Below are positions 8,336-15,653 of a stretch of DNA of 20,685 nucleotides, one piece after another. The translations under genes were made by a program, and so were the position numbers. The stretch is from the IMG/VR virus record IMGVR_UViG_648861009_000006. One strand, given 5' to 3'. The stretch comes from a virus (lineage: Duplodnaviria; Heunggongvirae; Uroviricota; Caudoviricetes). The notes under the pieces are model-generated. The model was not told the DNA's origin, ran no database searches, and was given only the letters and a program-made list of their open reading frames with translations. Positions within the stretch are counted from its first letter, which is position 1, and every line of letters begins with the position of its first letter.

Positions 8336-8464
8336 CCGAGCCCTCGCTGTTTCTTTCGATTTGCTGTGTTAAGCTAATATTTTAATATCCATGTTTCTGT
8401 TTGCTTGCAGTGTGTTTCTCACCACCATCCAAACGTACTGGTTACTAGCTATGTGATGATGAAG

Positions 8465-9172
8465 TCATGAACTTTTCAGCCATTCCCTGGCCTCGATGTC
8501 ATCTAGGTGGCGAGATTGCTTCAGAATACCAGCTACATACTCCACCTTTGCTACTTGATGATAAGGCAACGTTATTGGCCTGTGGTCTTGGTTGATGCTT
8601 GTAAATTGGTATTCTCCGTCTCTGTCATAGCCAAGAACCTTGATCATGTTGTGCCCTTCAATGGTTCTGACAAACACCTCATCACCTGGGAATACTTTGG
8701 TGTTAGGCTCAATGAGTACATATTCTCCTGATTTTATTCTGGGCCACATGCTGTCTCCTTTTACACGAAGACCAAAGGCATCTGGATCATCGCTATAAAT
8801 CTTGAGCCACCCATCGCGCTCTTCGGTCATCTCGATGGCACCATCAACACCAAGAATTGCCTCACCAACCACGCGCACTAACCCTTTTTTTAATTTGCCA
8901 ACAATTGAAAAAGTATCTTCATCATTCGCTCCATTTAACGAAGTGCCGTGCTGAAGCCAAACAACATCAACGTTTAGAAATTTCGCAAGCGCATTCATTT
9001 TTTCCTGGCGTGGTAAAGACTCAGCATTAAACCATTTGCTAACGCCTTTGGACGAAAGAGAAAGGGCACGGGCTATGGCCATTCCCCTACCATGTTCATC
9101 AAGACCAGCTTCTTTACAGGCTTGCGCTAGCCGCTGGGCGAATTCTTTGCGCACTTTTTCATTCTGAACCAT
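8465..9172 (-). CDS. cI: CI-type prophage repressor, 235 aa (N-terminal HTH plus C-terminal LexA/S24 autocleavage domain)
   Basis: N-terminal HTH region (AQRLAQACKEAGLDEHGRGMAIARALSLSSKGVSKW) and C-terminal S24 peptidase-like region (GDSMWPRIKSGEYVLIEP...). It is divergent from cro with a 78-bp operator region. Confidence 0.9.
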   Translation of the reverse strand: MVQNEKVRKEFAQRLAQACKEAGLDEHGRGMAIARALSLSSKGVSKWFNAESLPRQEKMNALAKFLNVDVVWLQHGTSLNGANDEDTFSIVGKLKKGLVRVVGEAILGVDGAIEMTEERDGWLKIYSDDPDAFGLRVKGDSMWPRIKSGEYVLIEPNTKVFPGDEVFVRTIEGHNMIKVLGYDRDGEYQFTSINQDHRPITLPYHQVAKVEYVAGILKQSRHLDDIEAREWLKSS

Positions 9173-9250
9173 GAGTACGATACTAAAGCACTTGCAAAAA
9201 CTTTCAGTTCAACCATAATGCGTACTGAAAGTACGAAAAAGGACATTCCT
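9173..9250. promoter_or_regulatory. OR/pR-pRM control region with operator-like inverted repeats
   Basis: The 78-bp divergent intergenic region contains CGTACT-GAA-AGTACG (about 9221-9235), the inverted pair ACTTTCAGT / ACTGAAAGT, and a pR-like TTGCAA ... CATAAT. The AGTACGA motif recurs near 7231 on the pL side. Confidence 0.5.
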
Positions 9251-9478
9251 ATGCAAAATCTTGATGAGCCGATTAAAGGTGTCGGCATCCCTGAAGTTGC
9301 GAAGGCTTGTGGAGTTAGCGAAAGGGCTGTCTATAAGTGGCTCAAAAACGGCTTCCTCCCTAAGACTGAGTTTTTTGGGAAAACGAAATACGCATCAAAA
9401 ATCGAAGAGATTTCTGGTGGCAAATATCAAGCAAGCGAAATGCTTGAAATAAGCAAAAAGAACCTTCTGGCAGCATAA
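9251..9478 (+). CDS. cro: Cro-like repressor (about 75 aa from ATG 9251; an alternative ATG at 9218 would give 86 aa)
   Basis: Small basic HTH protein (GIPEVAKACGVSERAVYKWLKNG) divergent from cI, with RBS AAGGA upstream of 9251. The upstream in-frame ATG overlaps the operator palindrome, so the shorter form is preferred. Confidence 0.75.
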   Translation: MQNLDEPIKGVGIPEVAKACGVSERAVYKWLKNGFLPKTEFFGKTKYASKIEEISGGKYQASEMLEISKKNLLAA

Positions 9479-9485
9479 GTAACAC

Positions 9486-9520
9486 CGCTCTTTATCAATC
9501 TGCACCGCCGACAACGCGGT
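9486..9520 (+). promoter_or_regulatory. nutR: boxA (CGCTCTTTA) plus boxB hairpin (ACCGCCGACAACGCGGT)
   Basis: Consensus boxA lies 8 nt after the cro stop, followed by a 5-bp stem with a GACAA-containing loop of P22 nutR type. Confidence 0.6.
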
Positions 9521-9584
9521 AACTAATTAAGAACTCATCGAAAGATGCGTATTAGTGATTATTTACCTATGGAAATAGTAAGAA

Positions 9585-9884
9585 ATGGAACAAACAAATT
9601 ACAGCAAACTATCACAGCGCGACGTTGATCGCGCAGAAACAGATTTACTTATCAACCTGTCAACGCTTACTCAGCGCGGTCTGGCAAAGATGATTGGCTG
9701 TCATGAATCGAAGATAAGCAGAACAGACTGGAGGTTTATAGCTTCGGTCTTGTGTGCTTTTGGCATGGCATCAGACATCAGTCCGATTAGCAGAGCTTTT
9801 AAGTATGCGCTTGATGAAATCACCAATAAAAAACGCCCGGTGTGCAAGACCGAGCGTTCTGAACAAATCCAGATGGAGTTCTGA
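9585..9884 (+). CDS. cII: CII transcriptional activator, 99 aa
   Basis: The C-terminus TNKKRPVCKTERSEQIQMEF matches the lambda CII C-terminus, while the N-terminal DNA-recognition part is divergent. It sits between cro and O. Confidence 0.85.
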   Translation: MEQTNYSKLSQRDVDRAETDLLINLSTLTQRGLAKMIGCHESKISRTDWRFIASVLCAFGMASDISPISRAFKYALDEITNKKRPVCKTERSEQIQMEF

Positions 9885-9916
9885 GGTCATTACTGGATCT
9901 ATCAACAGGAGTCATT

Positions 9917-11317
9917 ATGACAAATACAGCAAAAATACTCAACTTCGGCAGAGGTAACTTTGCCGGACAGGAGCGTAATGTGGCAGATCTCGATGATGGT
10001 TACGCCAGACTATCAAATATGCTGCTTGAGGCTTATTCGGGCGCAGATCTGACCAAGCGACAGTTTAAAGTGCTGCTTGCCATTCTGCGTAAAACCTATG
10101 GGTGGAATAAACCAATGGACAGAATCACCGATTCTCAACTTAGCGAGATTACAAAGTTACCTGTCAAACGGTGCAATGAAGCCAAGTTAGAACTCGTCAG
10201 AATGAATATTATCAAGCAGCAAGGCGGCATGTTTGGACCAAACAAAAACATCTCAGAATGGTGCATCCCTCAAAACGAGGGAAAATCCCCTAAAACGAGG
10301 GATAAAACATCCCTCAAATTGGGGGATTGCTATCCCTCAAAACAGGGGGACACAAAAGACACTATTACAAAAGAAAAAAGAAAAGATTATTCGTCCGAGA
10401 ATTCTGGCGAATCCTCTGACCAGCCAGGAAAACGNNNNNNNNNNNNNNNNNNNNNNNNNNNNNNNNNNNNNNNNNNNNNNNNNNNNNNNNNNNNNNNNNN
10501 NNNNNNNNNNNNNNNNNNNNNNNNNNNNNNNNNNNNNNNNNNNNNNNNNNNNNNNNNNNNNNNNNNNNNNNNNNNNNNNNNNNNNNNNNNNNNNNNNNNN
10601 NNNNNNNNNNNNNNNNNNNNNNNNNNNNNNNNNNNNNNNNNNNNNNNNNNNNNNNNNNNNNNNNNNNNNNNNNNNNNNNNNNNNNNNNNNNNNNNNNNNN
10701 NNNNNNNNNNNNNNNNNNNNNNNNNNNNNNNNNNNNNNNNNNNNNNNNNNNNNNNNNNNNNNNNNNNNNNNNNNNNNNNNNNNNNNNNNNNNNNNNNNNN
10801 NNNNNNNNNNNNNNNNNNNNNNNNNNNNNNNNNNNNNNNNNNNNNNNNNNNNNNNNNNNNNNNNNNNNNNNNNNNNNNNNNNNNNNNTTATTCGTCCGAG
10901 AATTCTGGCGAATCCTCTGACCAGCCAGAAAACGATCTTTCTGTGGTTAAACCGGATGCTGCAATTCAGAGCGGCAGTAAGTGGGGAACAGCAGAAGACC
11001 TGACCGCCGCAGAGTGGATGTTTGACATGGTGAAGACCATCGCGCCATCAGCCAGAAAACCGAATTTTGCTGGGTGGGCTAACGATATCCGCCTGATGCG
11101 TGAACGTGACGGACGTAACCACCGCGATATGTGTGTGCTTTTCCGCTGGGCCTGCCAGGACAACTTCTGGTCCGGTAACGTGCTGAGTCCGGCCAAACTC
11201 CGCGACAAGTGGACCCAGCTCGAAATCAACCGTAACAAGCAACAGGCTGGCGTGACAGCCGGAAAACCAAAACTCGACCTGACAAACACTGACTGGATTT
11301 ACGGGGTGGATCTATGA
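9917..11317 (+). CDS. O: Replication initiator O, interrupted by a 453-N gap with about 45 bp duplicated on both sides
   Basis: The N-terminal part MTNTAKILNFGRGNFAGQERNVADLDDGYARLSNMLLEAYSGADLTKRQFKVLLAILRKTYGWNKPMDRITDSQLSEITKLPVKRCNEAKLELVRMNIIKQQGGMFGPNKNISEWCIPQNEGKSPKTRDKTSLKL... and the C-terminal part ...ENDLSVVKPDAAIQSGSKWGTAEDLTAAEWMFDMVKTIAPSARKPNFAGWANDIRLMRERDGRNHRDMCVLFRWACQDNFWSGNVLSPAKLRDKWTQLEINRNKQQAGVT... both match lambda O. YSSENSGESSDQP is present on both sides of the gap. Confidence 0.85.
   Translation: MTNTAKILNFGRGNFAGQERNVADLDDGYARLSNMLLEAYSGADLTKRQFKVLLAILRKTYGWNKPMDRITDSQLSEITKLPVKRCNEAKLELVRMNIIKQQGGMFGPNKNISEWCIPQNEGKSPKTRDKTSLKLGDCYPSKQGDTKDTITKEKRKDYSSENSGESSDQPGKXXXXXXXXXXXXXXXXXXXXXXXXXXXXXXXXXXXXXXXXXXXXXXXXXXXXXXXXXXXXXXXXXXXXXXXXXXXXXXXXXXXXXXXXXXXXXXXXXXXXXXXXXXXXXXXXXXXXXXXXXXXXXXXXXXXXXXXXXXXXXXXXXXXXXXXXYSSENSGESSDQPENDLSVVKPDAAIQSGSKWGTAEDLTAAEWMFDMVKTIAPSARKPNFAGWANDIRLMRERDGRNHRDMCVLFRWACQDNFWSGNVLSPAKLRDKWTQLEINRNKQQAGVTAGKPKLDLTNTDWIYGVDL
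10260..10395 (+). repeat. ori-lambda: four iterons (ATCCCTCAAAACGAGGGA-like) plus the adjacent AT-rich region, inside O
   Basis: Four direct repeats: CATCCCTCAAAACGAGGGA, AAATCCCCTAAAACGAGGGA, TAAAACATCCCTCAAATTGGGGGA and TTGCTATCCCTCAAAACAGGGGGA. They are followed by an A-rich tract (ACAAAAGAAAAAAGAAAAGATTAT). Confidence 0.8.
10435..10887. other. Run of 453 N (assembly gap) inside O
   Basis: N-run. The about 45 bp before it (TTATTCGTCCGAGAATTCTGGCGAATCCTCTGACCAGCCAGgAAAACG) is repeated just after it with a 1-bp difference. Confidence 0.95.
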
Positions 11318-12015
11318 AAAACATCGCCGCACAGATGGTTAACTTTGACCGTGAGCAGATGCGTCGGATCGCCAACAACATGCCGGAACAGTACGACGAA
11401 AAGCCACAGGTACAGCAGGTAGCGCAGATCATCAACGGTGTGTTCAGCCAGTTACTGGCAACTTTCCCGGCGAGCCTGGCTAACCGTGACCAGAACGAAC
11501 TGAACGAAATCCGCCGCCAGTGGGTTCTGGCTTTCCGGGAAAACGGGATCACCACAATGGAACAGGTTAACGCAGGAATGCGCGTAGCCCGTCGGCAGAA
11601 TCGACCATTTCTGCCATCACCCGGGCAGTTTGTTGCATGGTGCCGGGAAGAAGCATCCGTTATCGCCGGACTGCCAAACGTCAGCGAGCTGGTTGATATG
11701 GTTTACGAGTATTGCCGGAAGCGAGGCCTGTATCCGGATGCGGAGTCTTATCCGTGGAAATCAAATGCGCACTACTGGCTGGTTACCAACCTGTATCAGA
11801 ACATGCGGGCCAATGCGCTTACTGATGCGGAATTACGCCGTAAGGCCGCAGATGAGCTTGTCCATATGACTGCGAGAATTAACCGTGGTGAGGCGATCCC
11901 TGAACCAGTAAAACAACTTCCTGTCATGGGCGGTAGACCTCTAAATCGTGCACAGGCTCTGGCGAAGATCGCAGAAATCAAAGCTAAGTTCGGACTGAAA
12001 GGAGCAAGTGTATGA
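11314..12015 (+). CDS. P: Replication protein P (DnaB helicase loader), 233 aa
   Basis: Translation MKNIAAQMVNFDREQMRRIANNMPEQYDEKPQVQQVAQIINGVFSQLLATFPASLANRDQNE... is lambda P over its full length, with an ATGA overlap with the O stop. Confidence 0.95.
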   Translation: MKNIAAQMVNFDREQMRRIANNMPEQYDEKPQVQQVAQIINGVFSQLLATFPASLANRDQNELNEIRRQWVLAFRENGITTMEQVNAGMRVARRQNRPFLPSPGQFVAWCREEASVIAGLPNVSELVDMVYEYCRKRGLYPDAESYPWKSNAHYWLVTNLYQNMRANALTDAELRRKAADELVHMTARINRGEAIPEPVKQLPVMGGRPLNRAQALAKIAEIKAKFGLKGASV

Positions 12016-12302
12016 CGGGCAAAGAGGCAATTATTCATTACCTGGGGACGCATAATAGCTTCTGTGCGCCGGACGTTGCCGCGCTAACAGGCGCAACAGT
12101 AACCAGCATAAATCAGGCCGCGGCTAAAATGGCACGGGCAGGTCTTCTGGTTATCGAAGGTAAGGTCTGGCGAACGGTGTATTACCGGTTTGCTACCAGG
12201 GAAGAACGGGAAGGAAAGATGAGCACGAACCTGATTTTCAAGGAGTGTCGCCAGAGTGCCGCGATGAAACGGGTATTGGCGGTATATGGAGTTAAAAGAT
12301 GA
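12012..12302 (+). CDS. ren: Ren protein, 96 aa
   Basis: Translation MTGKEAIIHYLGTHNSFCAPDVAALTGATVTSINQAAAKMARAG... matches lambda Ren and overlaps the P stop. Confidence 0.9.
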   Translation: MTGKEAIIHYLGTHNSFCAPDVAALTGATVTSINQAAAKMARAGLLVIEGKVWRTVYYRFATREEREGKMSTNLIFKECRQSAAMKRVLAVYGVKR

Positions 12303-12327
12303 CCATCTACATTACTGAGCTAATAAC

Positions 12328-12359
12328 AGGCCTGCTGGTAATCGCAGGCCTTTTTATTT
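12328..12359 (+). terminator. tR2-like intrinsic terminator between ren and ninB
   Basis: 8-bp stem AGGCCTGC / GCAGGCCT with an 8-nt loop, followed by TTTTTATTT. Confidence 0.65.
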
Positions 12360-12375
12360 GGGGGAGAGGGAAGTC

Positions 12376-12816
12376 ATGAAAAAACTAACCTTTGAAATTC
12401 GATCTCCAGCACATCAGCAAAACGCTATTCACGCAGTACAGCAAATCCTTCCAGACCCAACCAAACCAATCGTAGTAACCATTCAGGAACGCAACCGCAG
12501 CTTAGACCAAAACAGGAAGCTATGGGCCTGCTTAGGTGACGTCTCTCGTCAGGTTGAATGGCATGGTCGCTGGCTGGATGCAGAAAGCTGGAAGTGTGTG
12601 TTTACCGCAGCATTAAAGCAGCAGGATGTTGTTCCTAACCTTGCCGGGAATGGCTTTGTGGTAATAGGCCAGTCAACCAGCAGGATGCGTGTAGGCGAAT
12701 TTGCGGAGCTATTAGAGCTTATACAGGCATTCGGTACAGAGCGTGGCGTTAAGTGGTCAGACGAAGCGAGACTGGCTCTGGAGTGGAAAGCGAGATGGGG
12801 AGATCGGGCTGCATGA
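12376..12816 (+). CDS. ninB: NinB recombination protein, 146 aa
   Basis: Translation MKKLTFEIRSPAHQQNAIHAVQQILPDPTKPIVVTIQERNRSLDQNRKLWACLGDVSRQVEWHGRWLDAESWKCVF... matches lambda NinB. Confidence 0.9.
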   Translation: MKKLTFEIRSPAHQQNAIHAVQQILPDPTKPIVVTIQERNRSLDQNRKLWACLGDVSRQVEWHGRWLDAESWKCVFTAALKQQDVVPNLAGNGFVVIGQSTSRMRVGEFAELLELIQAFGTERGVKWSDEARLALEWKARWGDRAA

Positions 12817-13233
12817 CTATCAAATCAAATACGCCAGCACACGACAAGGACTGCTGGCAAACGCCGCTTTGGCTTTTTGATGCACTGGATATTGAGTTTG
12901 GATTCTGGCTGGATTCGGCAGCGAGCGACAAAAATGCTCTGTGTGCTCACTGGCTAACTGAGGCCGACGACGCGCTCAATTCTGAGTGGGTAAGCCACGG
13001 TGCAATCTGGAATAACCCACCGTACAGCAATATCAGGCCGTGGGTGGAAAAAGCCGCTGAGCAGTGCATACAACAGCGACAGACGGTAGTTATGCTTGTG
13101 CCAGAGGATATGTCAGTCGGATGGTTCAGCAAGGCTCTGGAGAGTGTCGACGAAGTTCGCATTATCACTGATGGACGGATTAATTTTATCGAACCATCGA
13201 CAGGGCTGGAGAAGAAGGGGAAACCAGCAAAGG
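12813..13233 (+). CDS. Phage Dam-like DNA N6-adenine methyltransferase (5' part only; the remainder is lost in the N-gap)
   Basis: ATG at 12813 overlaps the ninB stop (ATGA). The translation contains the N6-adenine methyltransferase catalytic motif NPPY (AIWNNPPYSNIRPWVEKA) and resembles phage Dam-family enzymes. Confidence 0.75.
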
Positions 13234-14202
13234 NNNNNNNNNNNNNNNNNNNNNNNNNNNNNNNNNNNNNNNNNNNNNNNNNNNNNNNNNNNNNNNNNNN
13301 NNNNNNNNNNNNNNNNNNNNNNNNNNNNNNNNNNNNNNNNNNNNNNNNNNNNNNNNNNNNNNNNNNNNNNNNNNNNNNNNNNNNNNNNNNNNNNNNNNNN
13401 NNNNNNNNNNNNNNNNNNNNNNNNNNNNNNNNNNNNNNNNNNNNNNNNNNNNNNNNNNNNNNNNNNNNNNNNNNNNNNNNNNNNNNNNNNNNNNNNNNNN
13501 NNNNNNNNNNNNNNNNNNNNNNNNNNNNNNNNNNNNNNNNNNNNNNNNNNNNNNNNNNNNNNNNNNNNNNNNNNNNNNNNNNNNNNNNNNNNNNNNNNNN
13601 NNNNNNNNNNNNNNNNNNNNNNNNNNNNNNNNNNNNNNNNNNNNNNNNNNNNNNNNNNNNNNNNNNNNNNNNNNNNNNNNNNNNNNNNNNNNNNNNNNNN
13701 NNNNNNNNNNNNNNNNNNNNNNNNNNNNNNNNNNNNNNNNNNNNNNNNNNNNNNNNNNNNNNNNNNNNNNNNNNNNNNNNNNNNNNNNNNNNNNNNNNNN
13801 NNNNNNNNNNNNNNNNNNNNNNNNNNNNNNNNNNNNNNNNNNNNNNNNNNNNNNNNNNNNNNNNNNNNNNNNNNNNNNNNNNNNNNNNNNNNNNNNNNNN
13901 NNNNNNNNNNNNNNNNNNNNNNNNNNNNNNNNNNNNNNNNNNNNNNNNNNNNNNNNNNNNNNNNNNNNNNNNNNNNNNNNNNNNNNNNNNNNNNNNNNNN
14001 NNNNNNNNNNNNNNNNNNNNNNNNNNNNNNNNNNNNNNNNNNNNNNNNNNNNNNNNNNNNNNNNNNNNNNNNNNNNNNNNNNNNNNNNNNNNNNNNNNNN
14101 NNNNNNNNNNNNNNNNNNNNNNNNNNNNNNNNNNNNNNNNNNNNNNNNNNNNNNNNNNNNNNNNNNNNNNNNNNNNNNNNNNNNNNNNNNNNNNNNNNNN
14201 NN
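13234..14202. other. Run of 969 N (assembly gap) within the nin region
   Basis: N-run with no flanking duplication detected. It probably hides the methyltransferase 3' end and the ninE/ninF/ninG-rusA-type genes normally found before Q. Confidence 0.95.
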
Positions 14203-14262
14203 AACGTCTTCGCACCGCTGGGTCGCGTCTGCGCTTATATCGTTTCCCCGGTTCTGTTTTGA
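14203..14262 (+). other. 3' end (19 codons plus stop) of an unidentified gene emerging from the gap
   Basis: An open frame reads out of the N-run and ends ...NVFAPLGRVCAYIVSPVLF*. Identity unknown. Confidence 0.3.
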
Positions 14263-14403
14263 CCGATTACCGAATACTGAAGAATTACGCCAAAACACTG
14301 ACAGGAGCAGGAGTATGAAGTCAGAGATAACAATCAACTAATACTGTTTTGCTGATTTTTGCTTGTAATTGGCGTTCTGGTCTGATTTTTGTGGAGTAAG
14401 TTG

Positions 14404-14781
14404 ATGCGTGATATTCAGATGGTTCTTGAGCGTTGGGGAGCGTGGGCGGCTAATAATCATGAAGATGTGACCTGGTCGTCCATTGCCGCCGGTTTTAAGG
14501 GATTAATTCCTTCAAAAGTAAAATCTCGCCCGCAATGTTGTGACGATGACGCGATGATCATTTGCGGGTGCATGGCCCGTCTGAAAAATAACAACAGCGA
14601 TTTGCATGATTTGTTAGTGGACTATTATGTCGGCGGCATGACTTTTATGGCGCTTGCGCGTAAGCATGGTAGATCTGATTGTTGGATTGGCAGGATGCTC
14701 CAAAAAGCTGAGGGCGTAGTGGAGGGCATGCTGATGGTGTTGGATCTCAGATTGGAGATGGATGCTGATTGTTTGAGATAA
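14404..14781 (+). CDS. Q: Late-gene antiterminator Q (short Q of DLP12/phage-21/82 type, about 125 aa)
   Basis: Translation [34 protein letters not shown]...[16 protein letters not shown]... with GGAG RBS 8 nt upstream of ATG 14404. The listed ORF start at 14389 is a TTG. It is followed by a promoter-like region and a strong terminator. Confidence 0.8.
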   Translation: MRDIQMVLERWGAWAANNHEDVTWSSIAAGFKGLIPSKVKSRPQCCDDDAMIICGCMARLKNNNSDLHDLLVDYYVGGMTFMALARKHGRSDCWIGRMLQKAEGVVEGMLMVLDLRLEMDADCLR

Positions 14782-14794
14782 TTAAAGGAAAAGT

Positions 14795-14850
14795 TGCTGT
14801 CTGGTTATCATTAGACTAATGTTTCAAATGTTAGAATCGCAACGTAGTTA
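14795..14850 (+). promoter_or_regulatory. Putative late promoter pR' / qut region
   Basis: Sigma70-like elements directly after Q, either TTGCTG-17 bp-TAATGT or TTAGAC-15 bp-TAGAAT. The exact hexamers are uncertain. Confidence 0.3.
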
Positions 14851-14880
14851 TGATCATATAACAGCTTGTTCCCTGATTTA

Positions 14881-14909
14881 GCCAGCCTCCCCAAAGGCTG
14901 GTTTTTTTT
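14881..14909 (+). terminator. tR'-like intrinsic terminator (target of Q antitermination)
   Basis: Stem CCAGCC / GGCTGG with loop TCCCCAAA, followed by T8, about 100 bp downstream of Q. Confidence 0.65.
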
Positions 14910-14937
14910 CTAATAAGTATCAATCCGGTTAGGTATT

Positions 14938-15462
14938 TTATTGTTTGACCCATAATAGTTCATTGACATTGAATCCCAATTTTTGAGCAGTACGCACATA
15001 GTCTGCTTTTACATTATCTGGAATAGTTGGAGTCCGTGCCAGAATCCATAGGTATTCTCTGTTCGGACCACTGACAAGAGCATACTTATACTCATCATCC
15101 AGTTTGATTACATTATAGCCACCATAGAAGGGGCCAAAAAACGAAACCTTCAACGCTGCAGTTGTATTATCTCCTGTAAAGTATGCTTTACCTTCGCTCT
15201 CGCTCCATTTGTTTTTCGTTGGGTCATATCCACGATTAAGTACACTAATCCCTCCGTCGTTCCGTTTCCCATAAGTGGCGCTGACCTGTTCCAGACCACG
15301 TTCAAATCGGTTCTCAAGCCGAGCTATTTCATACCATTTTCCGAGGTAGCGGTTGGTGTCAAAATTTGTAATCGGCTGCACACCTTTAGGTGGTGTCGGG
15401 GCCTTACATGCTATCAGAGTGAAAGAGAGTGCAATGCCAGTCAACACAGGCCATAACTTCAT
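14938..15462 (-). CDS. Blc-like bacterial lipocalin, outer-membrane lipoprotein, 174 aa
   Basis: Signal peptide with lipobox (LIAC), then NFDTNRYLGKWYEIARLENRFERGLEQVSATY...GKAYFTG...LKVSFFGPFYGGYNVI...YLWILARTP, closely resembling E. coli Blc. Confidence 0.85.
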   Translation of the reverse strand: MKLWPVLTGIALSFTLIACKAPTPPKGVQPITNFDTNRYLGKWYEIARLENRFERGLEQVSATYGKRNDGGISVLNRGYDPTKNKWSESEGKAYFTGDNTTAALKVSFFGPFYGGYNVIKLDDEYKYALVSGPNREYLWILARTPTIPDNVKADYVRTAQKLGFNVNELLWVKQ

Positions 15463-15653
15463 AATATATCCTGTACTTTTGATAGTTGAGAGTAAGTATT
15501 AAAGATAGATGATTACTACCGATCACCTAAAGAACTTTCCTACTATATTAGGAATAGTCCATAACAAAAAATTGTCAGTGATGACGGCAGAAAGGCAGTT
15601 TAGGTCGTGTACTACACTGTTAACCTGTTAATGAATTAGTCAAGGGGTAGGCA

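Noticed and set aside
9218-9250. Longer cro start at ATG 9218 (86 aa)
   Set aside because: The extra 11 codons would cover the operator palindrome and lack an RBS; the downstream ATG at 9251 with an AAGGA RBS gives a typical-sized Cro. Kept as an alternative in the feature note.
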